This document shows, piece by piece, positions 1-12,149 of a stretch of 64,000 nucleotides of DNA. The stretch lies in the NCBI RefSeq assembly GCF_023055435.1, contig NW_025964001.1, forward strand, positions 65,224,001 through 65,288,000, written 5' to 3'. The stretch's first letter is position 1. Every line of letters begins with the position of its first letter. The translations under genes were made by a program, and so were the position numbers. The notes under the pieces were generated by a model. It searched no databases. It was not told the origin of the DNA and was given only the letters and a program-made list of their open reading frames with translations. This DNA is from Haliotis rufescens (Eukaryota).

Positions 1-39
1 TGTAAAATATGTTCATTTCAGAGACTAGATGTAAGTCTA
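1..39 (+). mobile_element. Terminal fragment of TAG..CTA element family M2
   Basis: tgtaaaatatgttcatttcagagactagatgtaagtcta matches the reverse complement of 61423-61460 and the end of the 36768-37146 copy. Confidence 0.6.
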
Positions 40-400
40 GACCAAACACTGCTGGGGCGTCGCGGCTTGAGACGGAGACACCCAGGGGAATCAGGGAGGG
101 GTTATTTCATGTATTTGGGAAGAGATGACATCAGGCACATGGCTGCCGCTGCCGTAAATATTTATGTAGGTTTGTGAGTGTGATTGATTGGCTGAAGCGT
201 TAGAATCAGTAGACTCCTGGAAGAGCATGGCTAGCACCATCACTACCACAGCGCCGCCAGGTACTGCGCCACCACTACAGCTACCACAGCTACTACTTCT
301 ACCACAACATCTACGGCTACTCCTACCTCGTCTATCCCTACAACTAATGGTTCGTCTACGAATCCAGGCCCTCGCTTATACCACAAGACCACCCCACCCC

Positions 401-598
401 TAGCCTTGCTCTAAGGCTGTACTGAAAGAAAAGTCTATGGATGGGTTGTAATTCTATCCTCCTAATAGGCATGTATAGATATGTGGACGGCACAAGGACT
501 CCAGTCTCTCCTTAGGACATCTTGTTCTTATTATTTCCATAATCTAGAAATTATTATTTAAATTAAGAATTATTGCCTTAGAGACTTGTACAAGTCTA
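401..598 (+). mobile_element. Non-autonomous DNA element M1 (TAG..CTA ends, AcademH-like)
   Basis: Ends tagccttgctctaaggct / agacttgtacaagtcta; flanks ccccacccc / ccccacacc; homologous to 1525-2267, 22743-22914, 60159-60353. Confidence 0.7.
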
Positions 599-619
599 CC
601 CCACACCATACGACAGTTG

Positions 620-783
620 GTGAGTGAGCGAGTATGGTTTTACGCCGCTTTTAGCAATATTCCAGCATTATCACGGCGGGGGCCACCAGAAACGGGCTTC
701 ACACATAGTACCCATGTCGGGAATAGAACCTGGGTCTCCGGCGTGACGAGCGAACGCTTTAACCACTAGGCTACCCGACCGCC
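620..783 (-). mobile_element. SINE family A (tRNA-derived head, ~165 bp)
   Basis: Reverse complement has A box TAGCCTAGTGG, degenerate B box, shared tail and (ACTC)n end. Confidence 0.9.
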
Positions 784-1524
784 AGTAGGTAGTAGTAGTG
801 ACTGTATGTAGTTGCTGTCACTGGCGTTTTAACCATTCCCACGTTCGTGAACTAACCAGGATAAAGAAAATAGCCTGTACATAACCGGAAATGAGATACC
901 TCTGTAAAATATTTATTTTAATATTCATAAACGAAGAGATAAACGATTTACTCCTCGACCTTGTTATAAATGCGGTTATTATGTTTTTATAGCTCTTATC
1001 AAATCATTTAATCAAATACTGTTAAATAACAAATTGTCTTGTATGTCTCACAAACGTTGATATACATTAATTACTTCAGCGTGTTAATAGGATTTTTCCT
1101 GCATGATAACGATATCTCTCCAGACGCGTAAAGATAATGATATTTTGGGAACACTTCAATATATCAAACCCGTATGTATTCGTTAAGTAAATTGCTGAAT
1201 CTGGTCTGCGTTCAGTGATACTGTCGGGGGCTGGGAAGTTGTGGCAGGACACTTGAGCTGGTATTAGTCGTGAGAAACTATCATGAGAAGAATATTGGGG
1301 TCCTTCTTCCCCGCCCCCACCCTGGGGGACCAGCGCCTTAAATCTTAGCCATTGACGTTTAGGAGAGTATGGTATTTTTTAGGCGCAGGGATCCGTGATT
1401 TTTATAGGTGCAACACTCGTAGAAATTGTGTTAAACCTGTATTAAAAAAGTGCTCTGGGTTTTCGTGGGAGGAAGTAGGAACAGCGAACTAGGATCTGTG
1501 GGGCAAAGTCGGGTGGGGTGGGGG

Positions 1525-2267
1525 TAGACTTGCACAAGTCTCTAAGGCAATAACAGAGACCATATATAATATCGAGTTCACTTTTCTAAACTAAGATTAA
1601 GTAACCATAAATTAAATATTGAACTTGGAAGACACACAAAGCCACCAACCCCACTACATCAGAGGCTATGCTCTACATGTTCAATCATTGATAACGAAAA
1701 ACATTACTTACTTCATTGTATTAAACACACTCGAGAAAGAAATATACTATTTGAAAAACTATCCAGACAAAATGTAAATGTAAATGTCCACAGTCATGAA
1801 GACAAATTATTTCAATACATCCTGTCAAATAATGAAGCAGTCAATATCAACTGCATTTGTTTCCACATCTATAATTTCAAACAATAAATACCCCCTCATA
1901 ATCAACCGTTGACATTTTATGTATAAAAATATGTAATATTGATTATTTTGTTTTTGTATGTGTCTACAGGAATGTAAATTATGTTTGTCTGTATATATCT
2001 ATATATAAATCATAATGTCTTGTCTTTTAAAATTGCATCTGTCCCGTAATGGAACGTTTCTGCAATAAATATTATCTTATCTTATCTTATCTTATGGTGC
2101 CTGGCAATAATTATAAGTTTCAATCATGATTTATAGATAATATAAATCATAAGAACACGCTGTCCCTATAAGAGACTGGCGTCCGCTTATCAGGCCTTAC
2201 TTATTATAAAGATAGAATTAATATACACCATGGACTTACCATTCAGTACAGCCTTTGAGTAAGGCTA
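1525..2267 (-). mobile_element. M1 element interrupted by a LINE 3' fragment
   Basis: tagacttgcacaagtct at 1525, rest of body at 2103-2267 ending aaggcta; ggcaataa duplicated on both sides of the insert. Confidence 0.7.
1554..2095 (+). mobile_element. 5'-truncated LINE (RTE-X-like ORF2 C-terminus plus 3' UTR)
   Basis: Manual translation FSKLRLSNHKLNIELGRHTKPPTPLHQRLCSTCSIIDNEKH/(frameshift)LLHC, a CCHC knuckle; ends AATAAA plus (TCTTA)n; second copy at 38717-39095. Confidence 0.8.
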
Positions 2268-3339
2268 GGGTAGGGTGATAAGGGTAGATTGAAGGGGTTG
2301 ATATGGACAAGGAAGTCACGTGATCGTGAAGACGGACTGCCAATCGCTGCCGGGAAACTGATGACTGTTATGGGACAATTTTGATTGGTTGTTTAAGGTT
2401 GGGTTTTATACTGTGTTCGACCTCATGGAGCGACGGAGCGGATGTTGATGATTTTGTCTTTAACCCATGACGAAAGATAAAATAAAGTTAAAATTGTACA
2501 CAATGGTTATTGTCAAAACAAGAAGTGAAAAACAAACGTTATCCAAACATCAAGGAAGTATCAAAGACTATTTCGTCTTTGGCGTCCACATCAAAATATA
2601 AGAGATCATGTTACACTATGTAAAACTGTGTATCGTATACTGAATTGAATAAAAAAAAAATTAAAATAACAAATAAAAATACCATAAGAGCATATGCATT
2701 CCGACTTAATACCACACCCAACCCTGTCGACAGTCCAAGTTTTTTATTCAACGATCTGATCTGATAACTAAAACGAAACTGGATTCCGTCAGTTATATGG
2801 TTATTTAGGTTAGTGGTAATTGCGACCGGGATACTGTCTTTCGCCATAGCGATCACGCAATTAAAACTTAAAGAGGCATAACCAGTTTATGTGACAACTG
2901 TATTCTCTTCACATAGATCAATTCTTGAAATTTAAAATCTTTGCAAAATATCACAATCCTCCACTCCGGGTTCAACAATTCATAAAATATAATATCTAAT
3001 ATGAAATTTGTGAAAAGTGAAAAATAAGTGGGCGTTCGTGTAGTTTTGTCTCCCAAATCTAATGAGAAATGCACCATGATGCCAACAGCGATGTCCAACA
3101 TAGGATTGCTGGAAGATAAGACACGTGTGTGTATTTTGTATTTCCTCCCTAAATGAAAATGTCATGTTACAGCCCATACAATGTGCAAACATTTGTTTAC
3201 CACCCCGACAAGAGTCAGAGGCGAGTCCCTAGAGGAGATGGAGCACCTGGCAATGCTTATCTGAATTTGCTGATCATATTTTTAAGAAGATATTTCAATC
3301 GACTGAAAATAACTATCTTATGTCCTTTCTTGTCAACGT

Positions 3340-3587
3340 CATCATCATCATCATCAGCATCATAATCATCGTCATCGTCATCGTCGACATCACCATCATC
3401 ATCATCATCATTATTACACCATAGATCTATAAACCTAATATCCCAAAGTATACACTGCTATGAATAGAATAAATATTTTCATCATCATTATCATCATCAT
3501 CATCATCATCATCATCATTATTACACCATAGATCTATAAACTTAATATCCCAAAGTATATACTGCTATGAATAGAATAAATATTTTC
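3340..3587. repeat. (CAT)n microsatellite with ~107 bp tandem duplication
   Basis: ttattacaccatagatctataaa...gaataaatattttc occurs twice, each preceded by (cat)n. Confidence 0.9.
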
Positions 3588-3764
3588 CGTTGGTGGGGTG
3601 GCCCAGTTGGGGGACAAATCTCGGGGCATGTATTTCACTCTCTCACTCACTCACTCACTCACTCACTCCAACGATTTTGCACAGGGATATGTCCATTAAC
3701 CATTCTTCTTATTTCGTCAGTCTCTATCAGATATTGAAATCCATATACCGTGTGTCTCTTACGA

Positions 3765-3948
3765 TTGTTGTTTGTTTGTTTGTTTATTGTTTAACGCCAC
3801 ATTCATTCCAGGTATATGACGGCGGTCTGTAAATAATCGAATCTGGACCAGACATTCCAGTGATTGAGCATCGATCCACGCAATTGGGATACGATGACAT
3901 GCATCAACCAAGTCGGCGAGTCTGATTCTAACCTGTATTTTCACGGGT
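3765..3948 (-). mobile_element. SINE-like family B, internally deleted
   Basis: (AAAC)n tail, body tctggaccagaca..gcatcaaccaagtc, remnant of head ttcacggg. Confidence 0.85.
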
Positions 3949-5137
3949 TCGGATGAAGTAAGCTATTTCTTACAAATTAATTAAAAAATAAATAGACCCA
4001 AAGCCAACTGACGATTAAACCGAATGCAACGAAACCCCCATATTCCGAGCGTTGTTATAGCGGGGTTTCCAGACTAACGGGTTTCACTAGAAATGATTTA
4101 TGTTCGATTTCTTGATTTGCTAAAATAAATCGTCTACATTCATGCTGTAAGTCAATTTCGAATAACCCCTTTCTTTTGTATTTTGTGGTAAGTGCCGCGC
4201 GTGCTTCCAACACTACTTCCGGTGTTGTGTTCTTCAACGTGTCGAGGATTCTAACGGCATATTTCAGCTTTATCAGATAAGGAACACTTCACACGACTGT
4301 ACGACCTCGTGTTTTTTATGTGGAGAGTCAAATAGGAAATGAAGATCTGGTGACTGTCTTATATTTCAAAGTTATTCTTTATTTAAACTTCTACATTTTG
4401 AGAACAAAAGTTTTCTTCTCTTCGACATCAAAGGTAGATCTTACACGTCCTCCCACAAACCACTGCGCACGTCCACATCGTGTGTGCGACACCTGGCGGT
4501 GAAAAACAGACGCAGCAAGGGGGAGTAATCCTCCCTACTAATCAGCGTTGGCTGATCTGAGTGGAACAAGACGCCCCCACGTACAACAAATATGCCAACT
4601 GGATGAAACCAGACACCGACCTTTGTCTTGTTACAAAAAACTAACTTCCGCGTTAAAAAATGTCAGAACCCATTCTTCTTGAGAGCGTGGGAGTGGGTCT
4701 TCGGATAGCGCGTGATGCATTCCCTAACATGCATTGCACTGGTGACATGGCATTTCCTGGAAGGGCTGAAATGTACAAGTTCCCAAGTCGACATCTTGTG
4801 TGTTTCACCTTGTCAATTACATGGTTTTTTGTTTCACCTTAACCTAAACAGCCACCCATTTTGCACTTTAGAACACGTGGTTTGCGTGGAAAGCCGCAGG
4901 CATGTGCGGGAGAGCGAGCACCGCGTGCAGGATGTTGCGACAGTGGTTGAAAGCAATTCACATGCTGGAAATATACACGGATGTTGATTTCACGATGTCG
5001 CTTACATGCTTAATCACGTGAGAGTGAGAAGGTTATTTATAACTTCCAAAAATATGTCGTTATTTAGTTGTTTTTTTAAATAAATACTTGAGTTAAAATA
5101 GTGTTGACAACATTGAGACCATTTACCAATACTTGTA

Positions 5138-5250
5138 GAAGAAGATTATTTCTTGTCCATTAACACCCACAGGGGCAGGGTACAAAGCAGGAACATGATT
5201 AGTTATAACAGAAAGTTTTAAACATTGATATACACAATGTAATATGTATT
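5138..5250 (-). mobile_element. Retroposon 3' end family E ((TTC)n tail)
   Basis: gggtacaaagcaggaacatga..agttataac shared with 11165, 22400, 49665, 58720. Confidence 0.75.
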
Positions 5251-5354
5251 ATCGAAAGAAAAGCGACGTATGCTTATCCTTTTACTTATTGGAGACCTGG
5301 GAATTATGCATAACACAGGAAGGAGGGATGGCATCGATAAGACACTCCTTAAGG

Positions 5355-5657
5355 ACAGTTGAAAATGAAAGTCATTTCATTCTTGTTTGCCCTATTTATG
5401 AAGATATTCGCTCAAAATATTTCCCACATTTAGACTTTATTAATATATTATTAACAATCGTAAAGACATACTAGTCAGAATGTTAAACTCTCCTGATGTA
5501 AACTGTCTTGAAAACTTACCCAATTATGTTAAAGATGCTATCTGTCTTCGTTCTTCTTACCTGTAAATATTATTTCATGCAGCACTTGATGATAACTAAA
5601 TTGTATATATCTGTACGTGGGCCTGAGGCCTTATTACCAAATAAAGTGATTGATTGA
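5355..5657 (+). mobile_element. LINE 3' fragment (RTE-X-like C-terminus)
   Basis: VENESHFILVCPIYEDIRSKY motif, then AATAAA and (GATT)n tail. Confidence 0.75.
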
Positions 5658-5813
5658 TGTAATACAAATATTGTTATTTTTTGCATGAACATTTTGTAAA
5701 TGAAATAGGAGATAATTGTTGCGGAAGGCGCTGGTGGATTTAGTAGTATTTTAAATGAGTTTAATGAGTTTAGTTCCAGTTTCAAATCTTTTTTTTCAAC
5801 AGAAAATTAGGAA

Positions 5814-5950
5814 AGTGAGTTTAATCCGCTTTCAGAATATTCCATCCATATTACCACGGGGGACACGTATAAAGGCTTGACATATTGTACCCATGTAGGG
5901 AACATATGTGGGTCTTTGGCGTGACGAGCGAACTCTAGGCAACCCATAGA
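5814..5950 (-). mobile_element. Degenerate SINE A
   Basis: attgtacccatg...ggcgtgacgagcgaac match to family A. Confidence 0.7.
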
Positions 5951-6009
5951 CCCCCCCCCCCCCCCCCCCCCCCCCCCTCCTCCATATGAAAATGAGGACA
6001 TACCGTCAC

Positions 6010-6152
6010 TGTATTATTTACAGACCACCCGATCCCGTTAGCTGTATTATAAATTGACCACCAGATCCCGTTATTCCTATTATGTACTGACCACCCGGTC
6101 CCGTTAGCCGTACTGTCGACTGACCACCCGGTCCCGTTAGCCGCCTCTTACG
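6010..6152 (-). repeat. 33-bp minisatellite (4 units) derived from SINE B
   Basis: gaccacccgrtcccgtta at 6023, 6056, 6089, 6122; last unit continues into gcctcttacga. Confidence 0.75.
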
Positions 6153-6159
6153 AGATGAT

Positions 6160-6425
6160 TGTTATAGAGACAAAATGCTCATCTTAACAACATAAGCTGT
6201 AACGACTTATGGAAAAAAGATCCTTCAAATATGCAGCAGTCTCATTGTGGAATGATCTACCACTGGAAATAAAACAATCCCCAAACCTATCATCTTTTTA
6301 GAGACGGTTAAAAACATTCCTTTTTAGACAGGCTTTCCCCTAAACAGTTTCTGGACTCTAACACTTCCAACAAGTGCGCAGAGCGTGCTTTACCGTGTGA
6401 ATGTTGACGCTATGCAAGTTTTATA
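6160..6425 (+). mobile_element. L2/CR1-group LINE 3' fragment
   Basis: Translation RSFKYAAVSLWNDLPLEIKQSPNLSSF*RRLKTFLFRQAF*, typical L2/CR1 ORF2 end. Confidence 0.8.
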
Positions 6426-6520
6426 AGAGGCGAAAACGAGATCGGGTGGTCCGGACTCGTTTATTTACCGAATGTCGCCATCTGGTTGAAATATTGCCGA
6501 GTGCCGCGTTAAACAAAAAA
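6422..6520 (+). mobile_element. Short degenerate SINE B variant
   Basis: taagagggcgaaaacgagatcgggtggtc joined directly to ggactcgtttatttac and the shared tail. Confidence 0.6.
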
Positions 6521-6545
6521 AGAAAGAAGCAATTGTGTACCATAA

Positions 6546-6829
6546 GTCGTAAGTCTATGTTAAGGTATGGGAGTTACGATCACCTCAGCGCTACGACTGT
6601 CGTAAGTCTATGTTAAGGTATTGGAGTTACGATCACCTTAGCGCTACGACTGTCGTAAGTCTATGTTAAGGTATGGGAGTTACGATCATCTTAGCGCTAC
6701 GACTGTCGTAAGTCTATGTTAAGGTATGGGAGTTACGATCACCTTAGCGCTACGACTGTCGTAAGTCAATGTTAAGGTATGGGAGTTACGATCACCTTAG
6801 CGCTAAGATCACTTCGTACAGCGGCACCC
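6546..6829 (+). repeat. 53-bp tandem array (5 units) inside a Harbinger-like MITE remnant
   Basis: Units start at 6546, 6599, 6652, 6705, 6758; ends in cgtacagcggcaccc, matching the right TIR of the MITE at 39210-39321. Confidence 0.85.
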
Positions 6830-7154
6830 ATGCAGATTGTGAGTGTATGGTTGATGATGGTGAGCGTGTTGATAAGTATACAGCTTGTAGTTATAATATA
6901 CAGATTGTACTGGCAGTATGCAACACTTATTCATTCCTCTTAAACGCCATGAGAAGGAATATTTGTTTTAGTACCTTATCAAGAAAAAGCATATTATATA
7001 TGTGATACGTTTCAACCACGACAAGTTATGTCGATTTTCTTATTTCAATTGTGAGTCGTCTTTCAATTTTCCGTTCTTCAGCACATCTTTCGTGCTTCTC
7101 ACCATGCCAGTATGTATCTCATCCTCGACAAGAAATGTTCTTTAATCTTATTCA

Positions 7155-7530
7155 GTGAATGAGTGAGTTGAGTTTTATAACACATTGAACAATATTTTAC
7201 TTATAATTCTATTCTCAGCTTGATTTAGGAGAAAACTCAAAGTGATGCAAGTTTCAGACGGTTGCTTTTGTGTGGGGCGGTCGGGTAGCCTAGTGGTTAA
7301 AGCGTTCGCTCGTCACGCCGAAGACCCGGGTTCGATTCCCGACATGGGTACATTGTGTGAAGCCCATTTCTGGTGTCCCCCGCCGTAATATTGCTTGAAT
7401 ATTGCTAAACACGGCGTAAAACCATACCCACTCACTCACGAATGCTTTGGTGAAGTCCACGAGCGGGATTGGAGCAGACAAACCAAAGATCATATTCAAG
7501 GCGAATCTCGGATTAGAACACAGGAGGCTC
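7155..7530 (-). mobile_element. Old SINE C interrupted by SINE A
   Basis: gtgatgcaag..tcagacg before and gtgaagtccacgagc..gacaaacc after the insert align with 56662-56944. Confidence 0.65.
7274..7439 (+). mobile_element. SINE A, full length
   Basis: GGGGCGGTCGGGTAGCCTAGTGGTTAAAGCG..GGTTCGATTCCC..GGCGTAAAAC(ACTC)n. Confidence 0.95.
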
Positions 7531-9319
7531 AGCAGCTTCTGCCTCACTGAGCCCTACCTGCCACCCTCACAAGTTATGCATTTCAAGAAGGCTCAAGATT
7601 AGTCTTTTTGGGAAACCTTTCGGCCACCCCGCTGTCTTACAAACTGGATTTATCTGCCTTGTGCGGAGACGCAGTGACAGCTACGAAACATGTCACCGTT
7701 CCACGGCTGTTTTACTAGAAAACAATTTTCTTATACACGTTCTGTGTTTATCATTCAACTTCCTATACCCATGTTTATGTTCTTTGATTTTTTTACTTTT
7801 CTATTTACCAATAAATTTCATAAACACCCTTTCTCTGGAAGTTGAATCAAACGCATCTGGAAACATTACTTCAAGGATCACGTGAAAGGATGACGTTTTA
7901 TTATTTTGAAAACAAATTGTATACAGGGGGCATCCATTATGTCACTCCTGTAAAACATATCAGAATAGTTAAATAATAAAACCGCCTGTCACAGCGGTGG
8001 GTCCATTTTGGTGCGACACTCAATGCCTGTCGAGAAAGTCTTTCCTTTATGCCGGCGGTAATTCAGAGTTATCTGCCCTTGTCACGTGATATTCAAATTT
8101 AAAAAGCAGTTGTCTAGATGGTATCAAATGCACTATGCAACGCTCAACGGTGAATTTGATCCAACAAAATGTCCTATTTTTGCCTTTTTGTTTCTCCGAT
8201 TCGATGTTTTTACGGTATGTGAATCTGTTATTCTCATATATTCTCCTTGTATGGTAAAATAAGCATCCCTATAGACAAAATTACTTTAAATCGTTGCTTT
8301 TTATACACCGTTTGGAGAATCAGGTTTCCTGTCGAGAAAAATAATGGCTGAAAACTGTTGTTGTTCTCGGGAACCGAACCACAACTTCTAAAACATTTTT
8401 TACTTAAAAAATTAACTAATTAATTATTTTTTCTTCTTATCGTTTTAACTCAATGAGACTAAATGATGTTTATCTAGATAAAAAGTGTGAAGTGTACATG
8501 TTTGTGAGTGAGGCATCGATAACATCTACAAACAAAGTCAAATAATAATTACAACAAAAACAAATTTATGACTTTTAACAAATTTTAAAATGTTAAAAAA
8601 TAGTATATTCAGTTCAAATGAACCCTTTTACAAAGTAATTAGATATTGGATACGTTGTAATTTTTATAGCTGCCGTGATTGATTATTGTTATGACAGTTA
8701 TATGACTGAACAATTTTGCGCCTCGTCATCATTTTGGATCTAGGGGCTTGAAGATATAAATGGTTTCGAGTTAATACTTCCAGGCAAACCTCTGAAATAT
8801 ACCAACGAAATATTAAGAAGTATTGACGCGTTTTTTAATCAAGCATTTCAATTAACTTCAGCAAAATACACCAATCCAAATGTGTTTATGATAATGTTGG
8901 AAATTGTTTTATAGAAATAAATGCATGTACAAACGTCAAATGAAACTCGATATCAAAGAAATTCTTACTCAATAATCTGTGCATGGTTAAATTGTAATAA
9001 GAATTGATTAAATGAAAGTGATGTCTGAATTTCAAGCACATTTGAAATATGCTCACTATTATTTCACATCTTATGTGAATGAGTATTGTTTCGCGCCGTT
9101 TTAGCAATATAAAGACTGGGGGTCCTTGAAAGAGCAATGGAGTTAGAAATGACAATAGATCGAAGGGAGTTCGGAAAAGTCATACCCTGGTTCCAGGTCC
9201 CGACCCCTTAACGATGACGTCACAAAATGGCGGCCATAACCGAGATTTTGAGTTTTGGGGATTGTCCCTATGGTGATCGCCATTTTTGATCATTGGTCGT
9301 GTTGTAAGACGTCACTGCT

Positions 9320-9483
9320 GGTCTGGACCAGACAATCCAGTAATTGAGCATCGATCCCCGCAATTGGGATACCATGACATACATCAACCAAGTCAGCGAG
9401 CCAGACCACTCGATCCCGTTAGTCGCCTCTTACGACAAGCATGGGTTGCTGAAGACCTATTCTAACCTGGATCTTCACGAGTC
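9320..9483 (-). mobile_element. SINE B, 5' half (single 22-nt hairpin unit)
   Basis: agtcgcctcttacgacaagcatgggttgctgaagacctattcta. Confidence 0.9.
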
Positions 9484-9764
9484 TACCTTAATATGTAATT
9501 CCTATAAGAACATAAGACACCCCGATCTCCCTAAAATGTATTGTTATAATGGGAATGTGTATTGATTTAGAACGCGTTTGGCTTCGAACAATGTAAAGTT
9601 AGTAGGAAATTTATGTAAATATCTATGTCAAAGTTATGAAAGGAGACAAAGTTTTGAAAATGCTGGAAGAATATGATGTAAGTAAAGTATGGATTCGTGT
9701 ACCATTGTTCTTAGATGTCTACCGCTATCATTATGCCAACTTGTAAAAGCTGAAAGACAAGGGA

Positions 9765-10123
9765 CCGCCTCCGTGGTCTAATGGTAGAGCGTCCGCCCGG
9801 AGAGCGGAAGGTCCGGGGTTCGATTCCCGGCCGCGTCATACCAAAAGACGTTAAAAGATGGCACTTGTTGTTACCCTGTCTGGCGCTCGGCATTAAGGGG
9901 CTAAAACAAGGACTGGTCGGCTCGGAGTCAGTAAACTGTGTCTGAGTGGGGTATTCATGTTAAACTGCGGCATGGTGTCTCAGTGAGCTAGCACTATAAA
10001 TCGGCATCAGTCCGGACTAGTACAAGCAGCCAAACAAACACACACACGTACACGCACGTCGCTATATAAGTGCAATAATCTTGGACCCGACGTTAAACCC
10101 CATTTCACGTCACCTCCCCTCAC
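9765..10123 (+). mobile_element. SINE family D (tRNA head, Deu/Nin-like central domain), full length
   Basis: A box TGGTCTAATGG, B box GGTTCGATTCC, TCAGTGAGCTAGCACTATAAA motif; perfect 15-bp TSD ctgaaagacaaggga (9750-9764 / 10124-10138). Confidence 0.9.
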
Positions 10124-10144
10124 CTGAAAGACAAGGGATTAATA

Positions 10145-10245
10145 CAAAGCCGAATCTTCGATTCGAACACACAATCCTCGGATCCTGGCATGGCTGAAGG
10201 TCGCAACTCTGCACAGCGAAATGTGACACATAAGGCCACTGAGAA
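10145..10245 (-). mobile_element. Degenerate SINE C head
   Basis: gattcgaac..cgcaactctgcacagcgaa matches 56850-56910. Confidence 0.6.
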
Positions 10246-10754
10246 ATAAAATAACTGTCCAATCACACATTCATTTCATTTTGACGGAGTCTATTTATTA
10301 GTGAGCGAAATGCGCTGCCGCAAAGCCTCGGCGGAACCAGTTAAAATACGCAATCATCCGACATTTGGGCGTCTGGAGTCGCCATCAGTGGTGTTTGTCA
10401 ATGCAGGAAACAATTTGTCAGGCATATCGCTTGAACAAAAGTTCAAGAATTTCTCAATCGAAGCTCTTTATTTCCCATGGAGGATCGCAAGTCGGGGTGT
10501 ACCACAGCACGCCACGTGGTTATCAAATTTCATGGGGCAACTATGTAAAACTCGCGTGATCTCGTCAGATGCTGTTTTCCACACGAGGGATGTTTATGAG
10601 GCACAGTGTACAGGAGTCAGTTGATCGGTCACAGAGTTGTGGAAAGATAAGAAGAAATAACATCCTATCCTAGAACGTTTCCCAGTATCTCCCGTCCCCG
10701 GTGTGTATATGTACGTACTCTTCAGTTGCACTGTTGTCCTACTCGTCCGCGACA

Positions 10755-10925
10755 NNNNNNNNNNNNNNNNNNNNNNNNNNNNNNNNNNNNNNNNNNNNNN
10801 NNNNNNNNNNNNNNNNNNNNNNNNNNNNNNNNNNNNNNNNNNNNNNNNNNNNNNNNNNNNNNNNNNNNNNNNNNNNNNNNNNNNNNNNNNNNNNNNNNNN
10901 NNNNNNNNNNNNNNNNNNNNNNNNN
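10755..10925. other. Assembly gap
   Basis: Run of N. Confidence 1.
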
Positions 10926-11225
10926 AAAGAAGAAGAAGAAATAGAAGAAGAAGAAGAAGAAGAAGAAAAGGAAAAGAAATAGAAGAAGAAAAAAGGAGAA
11001 GAAATAGAAGAAGAAAGAAAAAGAAGAGGAAAAAGAAGAAGAAATTGAGGGAGAAGAAGAAAAGGAGAAGAAATACAGAAGAAGAAGAAAGGAGAAGAAA
11101 TAGAAGAAGAAGAAAGAAGAAGAAGAAAAGAGGAAGAAGAAAAAGAAAAGGAAGAAGAAAAAGAAGAAGAAGATTTATTTACAAACACCGACAGGGTACA
11201 AAGCATGAACATGACTAGTTAAACT
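10926..11225 (-). repeat. Expanded (GAA)n purine tract = tail of family E element
   Basis: ~245 bp GAA-rich tract runs into atttatt..acagggtacaaagcatgaacatgactagtt. Confidence 0.8.
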
Positions 11226-11598
11226 AAAAAGGTGTGTAACGGACAATGACGGAAAGACGTATTCCACATGATTGAGAGCCTACAGTCGACTGTTTTTCTG
11301 TCTTCTTTCCGCACATCCCTTGCGCATGTCTAAGGAAAGACTCTCAATCACACAGCGGTTAATGTGTTAATGATGTGATAAAAAGGTGACTGTTTTCAAG
11401 GCTGTGATGGTCTGACTCCATTGTGATGATATCAACAACAGCTGCCGAGTTGAAACCCGCTGTCTACTTTTGTGATATGACTATTTGTTTTGGTTTTATT
11501 TAGATATGTGTGTTTTTTGCCCGCAGCCTTTATTAACAAGCATTCCTTTATATTAAATCGTTACCCGTCAAATCACGTATGACTTCCGATGAAATGTA

Positions 11599-11817
11599 CA
11601 CTGCCGGCAAAATAAAGTAGACACCCATGTTTGATGGTGGCTAAAAATGAAACAAACATGAAATGAGTATTCGATGGTGATGTATTTGATACGGGTATCA
11701 TAGTTGTGATTTGGACTTTAAGTTTGCAGTGTTTTGGCGACTTTTCAGCCTGGAAACATTTGTAATCTTTTGGTCAAATGCAATTTCCAAGTACATGCTT
11801 TCTTTTGCCCGGCAGTT
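11599..11817. mobile_element. Tc1/mariner-like MITE
   Basis: TA|cactgccggcaaaataaag ... ctttcttttgcccggcagtt|TA imperfect TIRs with TA flanks. Confidence 0.7.
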
Positions 11818-11844
11818 TATAAAGCAATCAGTATATACAATAAC

Positions 11845-12075
11845 CATCCTCTCACCCAGACATCCGTCCACCCCATCAACCACCACCCTCTCACCCCACC
11901 ATCCATCCGACACCCCCTCACCCGACTATCCACCCTCCCCATCGACCACCACCCCCTCTCATCACATCATCCTTCCACCCTTCAGCCCACCATCCATCCA
12001 CCCCCCTCACCCCACGATCTACCCACCCATCAACCACCACCCCACCATCCACCCACCCCATCAACCACCACCCAA
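11845..12075. repeat. C/A-rich low-complexity tract
   Basis: Degenerate CCA/CCAT repeats. Confidence 0.85.
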
Positions 12076-12149
12076 AACTCCCGTTCACATTAGCATGTTA
12101 TTTCTTGAACCCCAAACCTAATCCAGTGTTCGTGAATCATACTGAAGTA

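Noticed and set aside
188-403. Thr/Ser-rich mucin-like reading
   Set aside because: Consistent with a decayed (CTA/CCA)n microsatellite; no clear splice sites
7274-7345. tRNA-Asp gene
   Set aside because: tRNA-like with a GTC loop, but it continues into SINE body and tail, has no oligo-T terminator and is multi-copy with TSDs
10701-11218. Arg/Lys/Glu-rich ORFs and poly-X ORFs (also 48049-48285, 49744-50417)
   Set aside because: Span assembly gaps or GAA tracts
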